Shown: piece after piece, positions 48,292 to 59,856 of the stretch | Layout of the letters: each line of letters starts with the position of its first letter | How positions within the stretch are numbered: the first letter of the stretch is position 1 | From: an uncultured cyanobacterium | GTDB taxonomy: Bacteria > Cyanobacteriota > Cyanobacteriia > PCC-9006 > JAAUQQ01 | Assembly: GCA_963718615.1 (NCBI GenBank) | Contig: OY970368.1 | Location: 4,128,001 to 4,192,000 of the forward strand | Direction: 5' to 3' | Length of the DNA: 64,000 nucleotides | Program-made: the position numbers and the translations under genes | The notes under the pieces: generated by a model | Told to the model about the DNA's origin: nothing | The model's input: only the letters and a program-made list of their open reading frames with translations | The model's database searches: none

Positions 48292-50139
48292 ATGGTACCC
48301 TTGACTTTGACAACGGTTCCCTGCGAAGTGAAAGATCTAATTGATCTCACAACTTTTCGTGCAGCGAATACACCAGATAAGTTGGCCTATCGTTTTCTGG
48401 AGAACGGAGAGACCCTAGAGACCACTCTGACCTATGCTGAATTGGATCAGCGGGCTCGGGCGATCGCAGCTTGTCTTCAGGATCTTCAGCTCTACCAAAA
48501 ACCTGTACTGTTACTCTATCCCCCTGGATTGGAGTACATCTGCGCCTTTTTGGGATGTCTGTATGCGGGGGCGATCGCGGTTCCAGCCCCTCCGCCTCAA
48601 CGCAACCAAAATCTCAGCCGATTGCAATTCATTGCACACAATTGTCGAGCGAACACCTTGCTGACCAATGAGGCTGTTTGGCGTAAACTCCAAAATAATC
48701 CAACGATCCACACCGTTCTCAATCAGCTCAATCTGTACGGGGTGGTTACGGATGAGCTTGAATCCGCCACCGCCCACCTCTGGTCCAGACCGGACATTCA
48801 GCCCGAGGACATTGCCTTTTTACAATACACCTCAGGCTCAACTGGAGATCCAAAAGGGGTCATGATTAGCCATCGAAATATTTTACAAAATTCCGAATCC
48901 ATCTATCGCTTCTTTGGACATTCCAATCAAAGTCATACCCTGAGCTGGCTGCCTCCGTACGATAGTATGGGTCTTGTCGGCAGTATTTTGCAACCGCTCT
49001 ACGGCGAGTTCCCCAGCACACTATTTCCCCCCATCTACTTCCTGCGGAATCCTCTGCGCTGGTTGCGAGCGATCTCTCGATACGGAGCCACGACCAGCGG
49101 CGGACCCAACTTTGCCTACGAGCTTTGTCTCAAAACAGCAAAATCAGAGGATTTAGAAAACCTGAATTTGAGCCATTGGGCGGTTGCATTCAACGGGTCT
49201 GAACCGGTTCGCCCTCAAACCCTAGAGCGTTTTGCACGAACCTTTTTGTCCTGCGGTTTCCGGCCCGAAGCCTTCAACTCTTGCTATGGCATGGCGGAGT
49301 CTACGCTGATGCTTACAGGCGGAGAGCTTCAGACCCTCCCAACCCTCTGTCATCTGGACAGTGCTGCGCTGGAACGAGGAAAAGTAGTCGTAAAAACCCG
49401 CCCCAACGTCGGGAGTCGCACCTTGGTCAGTTCCGGTTTCCCCCAAACCCACGGAAAACTGCTGATTGTAAATCCACAGTCTGAAGAGGTCTGCCCTGAG
49501 GGTACTGTGGGAGAAATTTGGGTCGCAGAGTCAAGTATTGCCCAGGGCTATTGGGGGCGTCCGGAACAAACCCAGGCAGTCTTTCAGGCTTGGCCCTCGA
49601 AGGAGAAGAAAGGTCCCTTTTTACGTACAGGAGATTTAGGCTTCCTGTGGAAAAATGAGCTGTACGTCACAGGGCGTCTGAAGGACTTAATTGTTATCCG
49701 GGGACAAAATTACTATCCCCAAGACATTGAACTCACCACCGAACAAAGTCATCCCAGTTTGGCGGCTGGGGCGGGTGCTGCGTTTAGTGTGACCGATGTT
49801 CAAGGCGAAGAACATTTGATCATTCTGCAGGAGGTGGAGCGTTCGTTCGTCCGTCATATCGATGATAAAGCAGTTATTGCGGCAATTACTCAAACCGTAG
49901 GACGTGAGCATAACCTTCAGATCTATGCGGTTGCTCTCCTTAAACCGGGAACCCTTCCAAAAACCTTCAGCGGAAAAATTTGTCGTCGGGCTTCACGTCT
50001 AGCTTTTCTTGCAGGCAATCTTCCGATTATTAATGATTGGAGTGAAAATCCCCGTATCAAACGTCAGTTTCAATCACTACAAGCCGATATGGACAAACTG
50101 CTGGCCCAACTGGCTAAAGTCTATGCGGTTAAAGTCTAA
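48292..50139 (+). CDS. Fatty acyl-AMP ligase (FAAL)
   Basis: LTYAELDQRARAIA, LYAGAIAVP, FLQYTSGSTGDPKGV, GGPNFAYELC, CYGMAESTL, LRTGDLGF, GRLKDLIVIRGQNYYPQDIE. Confidence 0.92.
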   Translation: MVPLTLTTVPCEVKDLIDLTTFRAANTPDKLAYRFLENGETLETTLTYAELDQRARAIAACLQDLQLYQKPVLLLYPPGLEYICAFLGCLYAGAIAVPAPPPQRNQNLSRLQFIAHNCRANTLLTNEAVWRKLQNNPTIHTVLNQLNLYGVVTDELESATAHLWSRPDIQPEDIAFLQYTSGSTGDPKGVMISHRNILQNSESIYRFFGHSNQSHTLSWLPPYDSMGLVGSILQPLYGEFPSTLFPPIYFLRNPLRWLRAISRYGATTSGGPNFAYELCLKTAKSEDLENLNLSHWAVAFNGSEPVRPQTLERFARTFLSCGFRPEAFNSCYGMAESTLMLTGGELQTLPTLCHLDSAALERGKVVVKTRPNVGSRTLVSSGFPQTHGKLLIVNPQSEEVCPEGTVGEIWVAESSIAQGYWGRPEQTQAVFQAWPSKEKKGPFLRTGDLGFLWKNELYVTGRLKDLIVIRGQNYYPQDIELTTEQSHPSLAAGAGAAFSVTDVQGEEHLIILQEVERSFVRHIDDKAVIAAITQTVGREHNLQIYAVALLKPGTLPKTFSGKICRRASRLAFLAGNLPIINDWSENPRIKRQFQSLQADMDKLLAQLAKVYAVKV

Positions 50140-50455
50140 ATAATGCTCCTGATTCTAGAATCTATGGTAACTTTTGAAGTAACATTGTTCCTGGGCTGAC
50201 CCTTGAGCACAAAACTCAACCCAAGCCAAAGGAATATGAAAAGTTATGCGAAGTTGCCGGATAGATAGCTCTCCCTGGGAATTCTGGAATGAGTCAGTTG
50301 CCACAATATCAACCTGTGCCCGGTTCCTTAAAAACCTCTGCCTGGTTGTCTGAATCCTGATTATTCCTGAAATCACGACGGCCTTGAGCCAACGTCTTCG
50401 GGGAATATGGTGCATCCACCGTTTCCCAGTGAATGTCAGCTCAAGAGGGTTCTCT

Positions 50456-51964
50456 GTGCACAGTCAGTCCTTATCTAATCATCCCACCTCATCACCTGCA
50501 CTGGCAGGTCTATCCGGTTGGCCCACTCATATTCAGCCCCTGTCCCCCAGACAAGAGGAAGAATATGGAGCCGCCCTCAATTTTCTCTTAAATCTTCATA
50601 CTCCAGGCAGTCTGACAACGGTTCAAACTGCCATTTTCTACCATTGCTGGCTGGGCTTAACCTATCAGGAAATTGCCGAAGAACTGGGCTACGACGCTAG
50701 CTACATTCGCAAAAATGGGTCGCAGTTGTGGCGTTTTCTCTCAGAGCAATTGGGTGAGGAGGTCAAAAAAAGCAATTTTAAGGTCATCATCCAACGACAA
50801 CTGATCCAACCGACAGCGAGTCCATTCAACTCCCCTGGAACCGCTCCCTCTACCCGAATGCTGAGCCCCATTAATCCCTCTGCAAAACTGGTCTCTATCG
50901 CTACACAATCAACGACTCACTCCATTGCTACCGTTCATTCCAATACAGCATCCACAAGGTCTGCGGATGGCGTATCAGACTACTATCAGGAGCGGCCTCC
51001 TATTGAACATCGCTGTTGTGAAACCCTAATGAAGGAGGGCTCACTGATTCGCATTAAAGCTGCGGCCCAGATGGGCAAAACGGCGTTAATGAATCAAATT
51101 TTACAATATGCCCATCAGCAACAGTTTCAAACTGTTACGCTCAGTTTTCGGTTGGCCAGTGATTCGGTTCTTTCCAGTGTCGATCGTTTCTTTCGTTGGT
51201 TCTGTGCTACCGTGGGCCATCAGCTAGATTGCCCTAATCAGGTCGAGTCTGAATGGGATGATATTTTTGGAGAAAGTTACAACTGTACGCATTATTTTGA
51301 GACCCATTTACTTCAGAGAGATGCCTCTGCCATGGTTCTGGCCTTAGATGATGTAGATCGATTGTTTCAATATCCGGCGGTAGCCACAAATTTCTTCCAA
51401 CTGTTACGAGCTTGGCACGAGAAGGCCAAACACGGCGGTGGCAGCGGTGAAGTCTGGAAAAAGCTTCGTTTAATCATCGTCCATTCCACAGAGGTCTATC
51501 TTCCTCTCCATCACCATCAATCTCCTTTTAATATTGGACTTTCTATCAAACTACCTGAATTTACCGAGCTACAAGTTCAACAATTGGGTCAAGCCTATGG
51601 CTTGGAGCTTCCGCTCCATCAGGTTCATCAATGGGTTAACTTAGTGGGCGGTCATCCTGGTCTTGTGGAGTTAACGCTGGAATGGTTGCAACAGGAAAAC
51701 GCATCGTTGGAGCAGGTTCTGAGTAATGTTATGGAACCAGAGGGGCTTTACTACGACTATTTGCAACGACAACTGCGATCGCTACAACAATACCCAGATT
51801 TGATGCCGTTGGTCCAAGAGATCATGACCGCAGATGCCCCAGTCACGGTCGAAATCCTCCAGGCATTTCGGCTAGAGAGCCTCGGACTCGTGAAGCTTCA
51901 GGGCCATCGGGCCGTTCCCAATAGTGAACTTTATCGACAATATTTCAGGAAAGTGTTGGGCTAA
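50456..51964 (+). CDS. N-terminal HTH + AAA_35 (STAND-like) NTPase
   Basis: [14 protein letters not shown]...[21 protein letters not shown]; Y.ERPPIE; Walker A variant AAAQMGKT; Walker B LALDDVD; SPFNIG; GGHP. GTG at 50456 after AGAGGG (ORF track 50384). Confidence 0.85.
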   Translation: MHSQSLSNHPTSSPALAGLSGWPTHIQPLSPRQEEEYGAALNFLLNLHTPGSLTTVQTAIFYHCWLGLTYQEIAEELGYDASYIRKNGSQLWRFLSEQLGEEVKKSNFKVIIQRQLIQPTASPFNSPGTAPSTRMLSPINPSAKLVSIATQSTTHSIATVHSNTASTRSADGVSDYYQERPPIEHRCCETLMKEGSLIRIKAAAQMGKTALMNQILQYAHQQQFQTVTLSFRLASDSVLSSVDRFFRWFCATVGHQLDCPNQVESEWDDIFGESYNCTHYFETHLLQRDASAMVLALDDVDRLFQYPAVATNFFQLLRAWHEKAKHGGGSGEVWKKLRLIIVHSTEVYLPLHHHQSPFNIGLSIKLPEFTELQVQQLGQAYGLELPLHQVHQWVNLVGGHPGLVELTLEWLQQENASLEQVLSNVMEPEGLYYDYLQRQLRSLQQYPDLMPLVQEIMTADAPVTVEILQAFRLESLGLVKLQGHRAVPNSELYRQYFRKVLG

Positions 51965-51969
51965 GACAA

Positions 51970-54828
51970 ATGCACCGTCCGGTTAATTTTTCTGGCAGCC
52001 AGTATCAGGTTGGTGGCAGTCTTTCCCCCGACACTCCCTACTATGTCCAGCGTCAAGCGGATAGCGAGCTGTACGATGCATTACTGGCAGGGGAATTTTG
52101 CTATGTGCTCAATTCCCGGCAAATGGGAAAATCGAGTCTGCAAGTTCGAACCGCAGAGCGGTTGCGCCAGCAAGGGATTAGCTGTGCAATTCTCGATTTA
52201 ACCAGTATTGGAAATGAGCGAATCACAGCGGAACAGTGGTATGCCAGCTTGCTTCACAGCTTGAGTACTAGACTGAAGTTAGATAGATTTCGTCAGGAGT
52301 TTCGTTCCTGGTGGAATGGAGTGAGTCAGTTCTCTTTAAGTCAGCGGATGGTAATTTTCTTTGAGCAGATTTTGCTTCGAGAGATTGAAGAGCCCATTGT
52401 CATTTTCATTGATGAAATTGATAGTATTCTGGGGTTAGATTTTCCCTGTGATGATTTTTTTGCACTGATTCGTCATTGTTATAACCAACGGGCAGATGCT
52501 CCCCAGTGGAGGCGTTTGACCTTCGCCATTGTGGGGGTAGCTTCTCCTGCTGAACTGATTGCCGACGAGTATCAAACCCCTTTTAATGTGGGCCGAGCGA
52601 TTGAGCTTCAAGGCTTTAGCAAACAAGAAGCTCAACCCTTACTCAGTGGTTTAGAGACCCTGTTACCCGAGCCAGAACAAGCCCTTAAGGAAATCCTATA
52701 CTGGACCCAAGGGCAACCCTTTTTAACCCAAAAGATCTGTCAGCTCGTTGTTGATATTGAAACCGGACAACGCCTAGTTAAATCTTCCGCAACCTCGCTC
52801 CAACTACAGTATCAAGACTTTCCTATAGGGAACTACTCGGATTATATTGCCAACTTGGTGCATCACTGTGTAGTTGACAACTGGATGGAAAATGATGAAC
52901 CGGAACATCTTCGTAGTATTCGCGATCGCATCCTCCATGATTCGCGCAATGTCAATCTATTACTGAGCCTTTATCAGCAAATTCTCCAAGGAGAACGGAT
53001 TGTTACGAACAACAGCCAAGGCCAAACAGAACTCAGGTTATCTGGCTTAGTCACGACGGTTCAGAATCATTTACAGATTAAAAATCCGATCTACCAAGCG
53101 GTCTTTAATCAGGATTGGGTCACTCACCATTTAGATGCCTTAAGGCCCTATGCTTCATCTTTAAACGCCTGGGTCGAGTCCCATTATCAGGACACCTCCC
53201 ATTTGCTGAAGGGTGAGGCCTTGCAGCAGGCCCTGCTTTGGTCTCAGCAGCGACAACTGGGAAAGGTTGACTATCAATTTTTAAACGCCAGTCAGGCCGA
53301 GGAAAAGTACCAGCTTGAATATCAACTTACTCAAGAAAAAAGACGGCGGCAGCAGGCTCAAGCGACAGTGCAATCCGCCCAAAAAGCCCACCAGCTCCTA
53401 AGTCAGGCCCGAAAACAGGCGCGAATCAAGATGGCTCAGCGATCCCTAGGAAAACGTTGGTTAGTGAGCCTGAGCTGCCTAGTGACCATAGGCGTTGCAT
53501 TACTGCAATATTCAGGGGCCTTGCAGCCAGTGGAGTGGTGGCTGCTAGATGCGTTTATTCAATGGCGTTCTAATGATCGGCGACTCGCTGGCGATACATT
53601 GGAGCACACCGTTACTCACAACCTTGACCCCAAGCTCGCCTTCGCCAGCCCTCCACGGGTTGCCAACGATCGGTTTTTAGCCCCGATCACCGTGATTACG
53701 ATTGACGAAGCAGATGCCCAACAGTTGGGGCAGGCACCGGTCAGCGATGCCATTGTGCTACAAGCGCTTCAGCAGATTCAAGGCTGGAATCCCCGCCTCA
53801 TTGGCCTCGATTTGTATCGCAATTTGCCCCTAGAACCGGGTCATGACCCGCTCATGGGGTTTTTGGCGGAAAGCAATCATGTTATTGGCATCAACCGTGT
53901 AGTAGAATCTCCCCTGCCGCCAGCGCCAGCCTTGGCTAAAACTGGGCGGTTTGGTTTTGCAGATCAAATCGTCGATGGGGATGGAACTGTGCGTCGGGCT
54001 CTGCTCTCCGTCGAAGATGATGCGGGAGAGGTGCAATACAATTTTGCACTGCGCTTAGCCCTAGAATATCTTGAGGCCGATGGGATTACCCTCCAGACCC
54101 TGCAAAATCATCAGATTCAACTGGGAAAGCTACGGATAAGACCCTTCCAAAGTTATGACGGAGCCTACGTTAGAGCAGATGCAGGCGGCTACCAAGTTTT
54201 GCTCAACTATCGAGGCCCCCAGGAGCGGATTCCAACATTCTCCCTGTCTCAAGTTTTAGCCGCTCAGGTTCCTCCCCAAGCCTTCCGCGATCGCATTGTT
54301 CTGATCGGATCGATCGATCCCACCTGGAGCAACCGTCTGCTCATCCCCTACAGACAAAGGGTTTTCGGTTTACCGGAATACGCTTCTGGGGTCATGCTCC
54401 ATGCTCAGATCCTGGAACAACTCCTGGCAGGTGCGATCGCTGGCCGACCGTTGTTGCAGACTTTGCCAGAGGAATTGGAGTTGGCTTGGCTTGGCCTATG
54501 GACGCTAATCGGTGTCCTGATTAGTAGCCGCCATCGCTTTCCCCGACAGATGGTGCTATTGCTGTTGTTGGGAGAGGGAGGGTTGGTGGCGATCGCCTAT
54601 CTCTGTTTTGTAGGCAGTTGGTGGATTCCACTCGTCCCTTGCATTCTGGCCTTAAATCTAGCCACGCTGATTCATCCCCTCTGGATGGGACGTCGCTACG
54701 AGAAACAACTCATTCAAGAAATTACCCAATATTTACTGCACTCGACGGAGAGTCCCCCCGATGTGATTCACCTGGCGATCGAATATCTAAAGCAAAGCGA
54801 AAAACCGCTCTATCATCCCAAGCCGTAA
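51970..54828 (+). CDS. AAA_35 NTPase - coiled coil - TM - CHASE2 - 3 TM membrane sensor
   Basis: [40 protein letters not shown]; CHASE2 motifs [37 protein letters not shown]; three C-terminal TM helices. Confidence 0.9.
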   Translation: MHRPVNFSGSQYQVGGSLSPDTPYYVQRQADSELYDALLAGEFCYVLNSRQMGKSSLQVRTAERLRQQGISCAILDLTSIGNERITAEQWYASLLHSLSTRLKLDRFRQEFRSWWNGVSQFSLSQRMVIFFEQILLREIEEPIVIFIDEIDSILGLDFPCDDFFALIRHCYNQRADAPQWRRLTFAIVGVASPAELIADEYQTPFNVGRAIELQGFSKQEAQPLLSGLETLLPEPEQALKEILYWTQGQPFLTQKICQLVVDIETGQRLVKSSATSLQLQYQDFPIGNYSDYIANLVHHCVVDNWMENDEPEHLRSIRDRILHDSRNVNLLLSLYQQILQGERIVTNNSQGQTELRLSGLVTTVQNHLQIKNPIYQAVFNQDWVTHHLDALRPYASSLNAWVESHYQDTSHLLKGEALQQALLWSQQRQLGKVDYQFLNASQAEEKYQLEYQLTQEKRRRQQAQATVQSAQKAHQLLSQARKQARIKMAQRSLGKRWLVSLSCLVTIGVALLQYSGALQPVEWWLLDAFIQWRSNDRRLAGDTLEHTVTHNLDPKLAFASPPRVANDRFLAPITVITIDEADAQQLGQAPVSDAIVLQALQQIQGWNPRLIGLDLYRNLPLEPGHDPLMGFLAESNHVIGINRVVESPLPPAPALAKTGRFGFADQIVDGDGTVRRALLSVEDDAGEVQYNFALRLALEYLEADGITLQTLQNHQIQLGKLRIRPFQSYDGAYVRADAGGYQVLLNYRGPQERIPTFSLSQVLAAQVPPQAFRDRIVLIGSIDPTWSNRLLIPYRQRVFGLPEYASGVMLHAQILEQLLAGAIAGRPLLQTLPEELELAWLGLWTLIGVLISSRHRFPRQMVLLLLLGEGGLVAIAYLCFVGSWWIPLVPCILALNLATLIHPLWMGRRYEKQLIQEITQYLLHSTESPPDVIHLAIEYLKQSEKPLYHPKP

Positions 54829-54882
54829 TGACGGGGATTGGGTATATTCTAGAGACCTAGAGACGTTAACTTTGAGCAGACT

Positions 54883-55653
54883 ATGACGTACGGACTGGGC
54901 ATCATCACGCAGTTTGGGTTGGTTATGGCTGCCGATTCTCGTACCAATGCGGGAGTTGACTATATTTCGACCTATCGCAAACTGTTTGATTTCTCGTTGG
55001 CGGGTGAGCGGGTGATCTTGATGGTTTGCTCTGGCAATTTGTCAGTAACCCAGGCGGTGATTACGGGGATTAATCAGGATTTACGGCATCAGTCCGACGA
55101 AAATCTGCATTCGATCGGCAGTATGCACGATATTGCCCGGTATGTGGGCAGCAAAATTCGGCAGGTGCATGAGCGCGATCGCCCCTGGCTCGAAAAAGAC
55201 CGCCTCGACTATCACTGCAATTTCCTGGTCGGGGGACAGATTCGGGGCGAAGAGCATCAACTACACTTGATTTACAGCCAAGGCAACTCAATCCAGGCCA
55301 TGCCTGAGACACCGTTTTTGCAAATTGGCGAGGCCAAGTATGGCAAACCCATTCTCGATCGCACGCTAACCTTCAACACGTCGATGGATGCGGCGGCGAC
55401 CTGTGCATTACTATCGATTGACTCGACGATGAAATCAAATATTTCCGTGGGTCCGCCGATCAATTTAGTGATGTATGAGACCAATAGCTTCGCCATTCGC
55501 AATCAGCTTCAGTTGCGGTTGGGCGATCCTTATTTGGCGAAGGTTCGCAAGGCTTGGGAGACAGCCCTGAAGGCTGCGTTTGAACACATGCCTCCGATTG
55601 AATGGCAGCAGCCCATTATCGAAACCGCCGATGAGGACATTTTGATTGACTGA
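54883..55653 (+). CDS. Proteasome-type protease (Anbu family)
   Basis: N-terminal MTY (Thr1 nucleophile), ADSRTNAGVD, QIGE.KYGKPILDR, DSTMKSNISVGPP. Confidence 0.9.
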   Translation: MTYGLGIITQFGLVMAADSRTNAGVDYISTYRKLFDFSLAGERVILMVCSGNLSVTQAVITGINQDLRHQSDENLHSIGSMHDIARYVGSKIRQVHERDRPWLEKDRLDYHCNFLVGGQIRGEEHQLHLIYSQGNSIQAMPETPFLQIGEAKYGKPILDRTLTFNTSMDAAATCALLSIDSTMKSNISVGPPINLVMYETNSFAIRNQLQLRLGDPYLAKVRKAWETALKAAFEHMPPIEWQQPIIETADEDILID

Positions 55654-55676
55654 AATTGAATCCCATTCAAATGCAG

Positions 55677-55701
55677 AAAAAGGGAGGCGCGATCGCCTCC
55701 C
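55677..55701 (-). terminator. Terminator downstream of tkt
   Basis: AAAAA-GGGAGGCG-cgat-CGCCTCCC; overlaps a HIP1 site. Confidence 0.65.
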
Positions 55702-55722
55702 CCAGAATTTCGTCAGTCCACC

Positions 55723-57723
55723 CTATGCCAGGAGCGCTTTAGCCCGAGCCACCACATTGTCAACGGTGAAACCAAACTCCTTCATAATCGTGCCGCCGGG
55801 AGCCGATGCACCGAAGGTATCAACACTAATCATGTCGCCACTGTCACCGATGTACTTGTGCCAGCCAAAGCTCGACGCCGCTTCCACCACAAGACGCTTC
55901 ACACCCTTCGGCAAAATCGAATTGCGGTAGGCTTCATCCTGTTCTTCAAAGAGCTCCACACAGGGCATCGAAACCACACGAATCTTCTTATCGCCCATGG
56001 CTTTAGCCGCCTCAACACAGAGACTGACTTCGCTTCCCGTTGCCAACAGAATCAGATCCGGGTTATCGCAGCCACAATCCACCGCAATGTAAGCACCTTT
56101 TGCGACCGCTTCAATCGAACTTCCCTCTAGCTGGGGCAAGTTCTGACGGCTCATCGCCATGATGGAAGACTGCTTCCGACGCTCGATCGCGACCTTATAA
56201 GCCCCAGAGGTTTCGTTGCCATCCGCCGGACGGAATACCAACAGATTGGGAATGGCACGCAGGGACGGAATCGTCTCAACGGGCTGGTGGGTGGGACCAT
56301 CTTCACCGAGGGCGATGGAGTCGTGGGTCAAAACATGAATCACCTGGCACTGGGACAGGGCCGACAGACGAATCGCCGCCCGCATATAGTCCGCAAAGAC
56401 CAAGAAAGTTGCGTCGAACGGAATCAAACCCGTGTTGTGCAAAGCGATGCCATTACAAATCGCGCCCATGGCATGCTCCCGCACACCGAAACGGAGATTG
56501 CGACCGGCGTAGCTACCCTTTTGGAAATCCGTGGAGCACTTCAAGTAGGTGAGGTTGGAGTGGGTCAAATCCGCAGAACCGCCTACGAGTTCAGGGACAG
56601 CCTCGGCGATCGCATTCAGCGTCATCTCCGAAGTTTTCCGCGTCGCTACGGGCTTGTCTTCCGGGGTGTAAGTGGGCAAACACTTTTCCCAACCCTCAGG
56701 CAGACGATAGTTAATTTGGCGATCGAATTCCGCCGCCTCTTCAGGATATTGATCCTTGTAGGTTTGCCAGGTGGTGTTCCAATCAGACTCCGCTGCCGCA
56801 CCCCGCTCAACGGCCTTGCGCCAATGGGCCAGCGCATCCTCAGGAACCACAAAGGACTCGTGGTCCCACCCCAGGTTCTTGCGGGTTTCAGCAATTTCCG
56901 CTGCCCCGAGGGCCGCGCCGTGAATCCCAGCGGTCCCCGCCCGGTTGGGGGAACCAAACCCAATCGTGGTGCGAATCTTCAGGAGTGAGGGCTTGTCGGT
57001 GACGGCCTTGGCCGCTTCGATAGCCTGGGCGATCGCCCCCAGATCCGTATCCCCATTCGGCACTTCAATCACATGCCAGCCATAGGCTTCGTAGCGTTTG
57101 CCTACGTCTTCGGTGAAGGAAACCGTCGTATCACCATCAATGGAAATGTGGTTGTCGTCATAGAGCGCGATCAGCTTGCCCAGACCCAGGTGGCCCGCCA
57201 GGGAGCAAGCCTCACCAGAGACCCCCTCCATGTTGCAGCCGTCGCCCATAATGGCGTAGGTGTAATGGTCGATCAGCGTGCAATCGGGCTTATTAAACTT
57301 CGCCGCCAGATGCGCTTCCGCCATGGCCAGACCCACAGCGTTACAAATCCCTTGACCCAGGGGACCCGTTGTCACTTCAACCCCTTTGGTCTCAAAGTTC
57401 TCGGGGTGACCAGGAGTGCGAGAGCCCCACTGGCGGAACTGCTTGATGTCGTCGAGGTTAACACTGTCATAGCCCGTCAGGTAAAGCAGCGCATATTGCA
57501 GCATTGAACCGTGACCGGCAGACAGGACAAAGCGATCGCGATTCACCCAAGCCGGATTCTTGGGGTTGTAGCGCATGAACTGGTCCCAAAGGACAAAGGC
57601 CATGGGAGCCGCACCCATAGGCAGGCCCGGATGACCCGAGTTTGCTTTCTCAACGGCATCGATCGCCAGAAAGCGAACTGAATTAATACAAAGTTCTTCG
57701 AGGGATTGGCTTGCAACAACCAT
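55723..57723 (-). CDS. tkt: Transketolase
   Basis: [53 protein letters not shown]. Confidence 0.98.
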   Translation of the reverse strand: MVVASQSLEELCINSVRFLAIDAVEKANSGHPGLPMGAAPMAFVLWDQFMRYNPKNPAWVNRDRFVLSAGHGSMLQYALLYLTGYDSVNLDDIKQFRQWGSRTPGHPENFETKGVEVTTGPLGQGICNAVGLAMAEAHLAAKFNKPDCTLIDHYTYAIMGDGCNMEGVSGEACSLAGHLGLGKLIALYDDNHISIDGDTTVSFTEDVGKRYEAYGWHVIEVPNGDTDLGAIAQAIEAAKAVTDKPSLLKIRTTIGFGSPNRAGTAGIHGAALGAAEIAETRKNLGWDHESFVVPEDALAHWRKAVERGAAAESDWNTTWQTYKDQYPEEAAEFDRQINYRLPEGWEKCLPTYTPEDKPVATRKTSEMTLNAIAEAVPELVGGSADLTHSNLTYLKCSTDFQKGSYAGRNLRFGVREHAMGAICNGIALHNTGLIPFDATFLVFADYMRAAIRLSALSQCQVIHVLTHDSIALGEDGPTHQPVETIPSLRAIPNLLVFRPADGNETSGAYKVAIERRKQSSIMAMSRQNLPQLEGSSIEAVAKGAYIAVDCGCDNPDLILLATGSEVSLCVEAAKAMGDKKIRVVSMPCVELFEEQDEAYRNSILPKGVKRLVVEAASSFGWHKYIGDSGDMISVDTFGASAPGGTIMKEFGFTVDNVVARAKALLA

Positions 57724-57842
57724 GGGTGTCTACCTAACGTGCGTTAACGAGTTGAGACCAAAAATAAGCAGTTATACTCAATCATCCCATTGACGGCGAG
57801 GATGAACAAGTGTTAAGCAAAGGACGAGATCTACAGTCGGTT

Positions 57843-59099
57843 CTAATGGTCCCGATATTTGCGGAAAACCAGCGTAACGTTGTGCCCGCCAAATCCGAAG
57901 GAATTGGATAAGGCCACCTCGACGGCTTGCTGACGGGATTGATTGGGAACGTAATCGAGATCGCAGTCAGGGTCCGGATTTTCAAGGTTGATCGTTGGCG
58001 GGATTAGATCCTGGTTGACCGCCATAACCGTTGCCACCGCCTCAATTCCACCGGAGCCTCCCAGCAAATGTCCCGTCATTGACTTGGTGGAGCTGATGGC
58101 AACCCGGTGGGCGCTCTCCCCAAGGGCTTTTTTGATCGCAGCGGTTTCCGTCGAATCATTGGCCGGAGTGCTGGTGCCGTGGGCATTGATATAGCTCACT
58201 TGGTCCGGTGTTACCCCTGCATCTTTCATCGCGAGCTCGATCGCCCGTGCAGCCCCCAATCCACCGGGAACCGGCAGCGTCATATGGTAAGCATCACAGG
58301 TCGTTCCATAGCCAACGATTTCGGCGTAGATCTTCGCGCCCCTAGCCTGGGCATGTTCCAGCGCTTCTAAGACCAAAATACCGGTGCCTTCACCCATGAC
58401 AAACCCATCCCGCCCCGTATCAAACGGGCGACAGGCATGGGCCGGATCGTCATTGCGAGACGACAGGGCGCGGCAGGCGGAAAAACCGGCGATCGACAGG
58501 GGCGTAATTGCAGCTTCTGTTCCCCCACATACCATGGCGTTGGCGTAGCCTCCTTTAATTAATCGAAAGGCATCCCCCACCGCATTGGCTCCGGCGGCGC
58601 AGGCCGTTACGGTACAGGAATTTGGCCCTTTGGCACCCAGATGAATCGCCGTCAAGCCTGCGGCCATATTGGCGATCATCATCGGAATCATAAAGGGACT
58701 ACAGCGAGACGGACCCTTCTCCAGAAAGATCGTCTGCTGCTCTTCCATAATCTTGATGCCGCCGATGCCGCTGCCGATTAAGACCCCAATATGGTCAGCA
58801 TTCAATTCCGTGATTTCCAGACCAGAATCCGCCACGGCCTGTTTTGATGCAGCCACTGCAAACTGCGAAAAGCGGTCCATCCGCTTCGCATCTTTGCGGT
58901 CCATAAAATCTTCTGGATTAAAGCCCTTGACTTCCCCCGCGATCCGGCAGGCGTGCTGAGAAGCATCAAAGAGCGTAATGGTCGCGATCCCATTGCGACC
59001 TGAAGAAAGCCCTTCCCAATAATCTGTCAGGGTATTACCAATGGGAGTAATTGCTCCCATTCCGGTGACGACAACCCGTCTGCCCGTGGAGTAAGTCAT
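57843..59099 (-). CDS. fabF: 3-oxoacyl-ACP synthase II
   Basis: RVVVTGMG, TACAAG, INAHGTST, KSMTGHLLG, SNSFGFGGHN. Confidence 0.97.
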   Translation of the reverse strand: MTYSTGRRVVVTGMGAITPIGNTLTDYWEGLSSGRNGIATITLFDASQHACRIAGEVKGFNPEDFMDRKDAKRMDRFSQFAVAASKQAVADSGLEITELNADHIGVLIGSGIGGIKIMEEQQTIFLEKGPSRCSPFMIPMMIANMAAGLTAIHLGAKGPNSCTVTACAAGANAVGDAFRLIKGGYANAMVCGGTEAAITPLSIAGFSACRALSSRNDDPAHACRPFDTGRDGFVMGEGTGILVLEALEHAQARGAKIYAEIVGYGTTCDAYHMTLPVPGGLGAARAIELAMKDAGVTPDQVSYINAHGTSTPANDSTETAAIKKALGESAHRVAISSTKSMTGHLLGGSGGIEAVATVMAVNQDLIPPTINLENPDPDCDLDYVPNQSRQQAVEVALSNSFGFGGHNVTLVFRKYRDH

Positions 59100-59400
59100 A
59101 AGATTTCAGCCAAGCTGGGTGAAAATTAGCAAAGCCCCCGATCAAGGAAACTTGAAATAAATGCGGTTTTGAAGCAAGGCGTTGGCGAATCCGCCTGCTA
59201 GAGTCGATAAAACGCGGAGGGAATCGGAATGTTCCGACCGCGCTTATGACTGCGTGGTTAACTGTGTGATTGAAGGGCGCTTTTTAAAAGCAATTTTGCA
59301 AAAAGCAATTTTACGTTTTGGCTAGCATTCCCTTTCAACATTTTCAACCTTATAAAGCAAGAGTCTGAGCGTCAGGCGATCGCCCCGAAGGGCAACATCC

Positions 59401-59646
59401 CTAAGCCGCAGACTTTTCTTCAATGTAGGCCACAGCTTCACCGACGGTGGTGATTTTTTCCGCAGCTTCATCAGGAATTTCGATATCAAATTCCTCTTCT
59501 AGTGCCATCACTAGTTCAACGGTATCCAGGGAGTCCGCACCCAGATCATTAGCGAAGCTAGCTTCTGGCTTGACCTCAGCGATATCGACACTGAGCTGCT
59601 CAGCGACGATACCTTTGACCTTGGACAAGATTTCCTCTTTGCTCAT
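59401..59646 (-). CDS. acpP: Acyl carrier protein
   Basis: [20 protein letters not shown]; ATG at 59646. Confidence 0.97.
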   Translation of the reverse strand: MSKEEILSKVKGIVAEQLSVDIAEVKPEASFANDLGADSLDTVELVMALEEEFDIEIPDEAAEKITTVGEAVAYIEEKSAA

Positions 59647-59856
59647 GAATTTTCCTCTGCACAACACCAGTTGCTCGGTCAGCGTTTTGGCATTTTTTCA
59701 TCTTATCGGCAAAGGGTGACAGCGATTTTAATTCTAGGGAGAAAGGTTAAGGGTCATGGCGAAATGGGCGATCGCCCCTATCCCACCCCATCATAAAAAA
59801 ACATCACCCCATCACCCCATCACTTCCCCACCCTTCTCTCCACCCCCATTTCCACC

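Noticed and set aside
50155-50415. 86-aa minus-strand ORF between FAAL and HTH-AAA_35
   Set aside because: No recognisable motif or RBS; it would occupy the probable promoter of the AAA_35 pair
59775-59856. C-rich CCCCATCA-like repeats upstream of the HdrB-like gene (possible G-quadruplex on the minus strand)
   Set aside because: Resembles ordinary cyanobacterial short tandem repeats; no evidence of function
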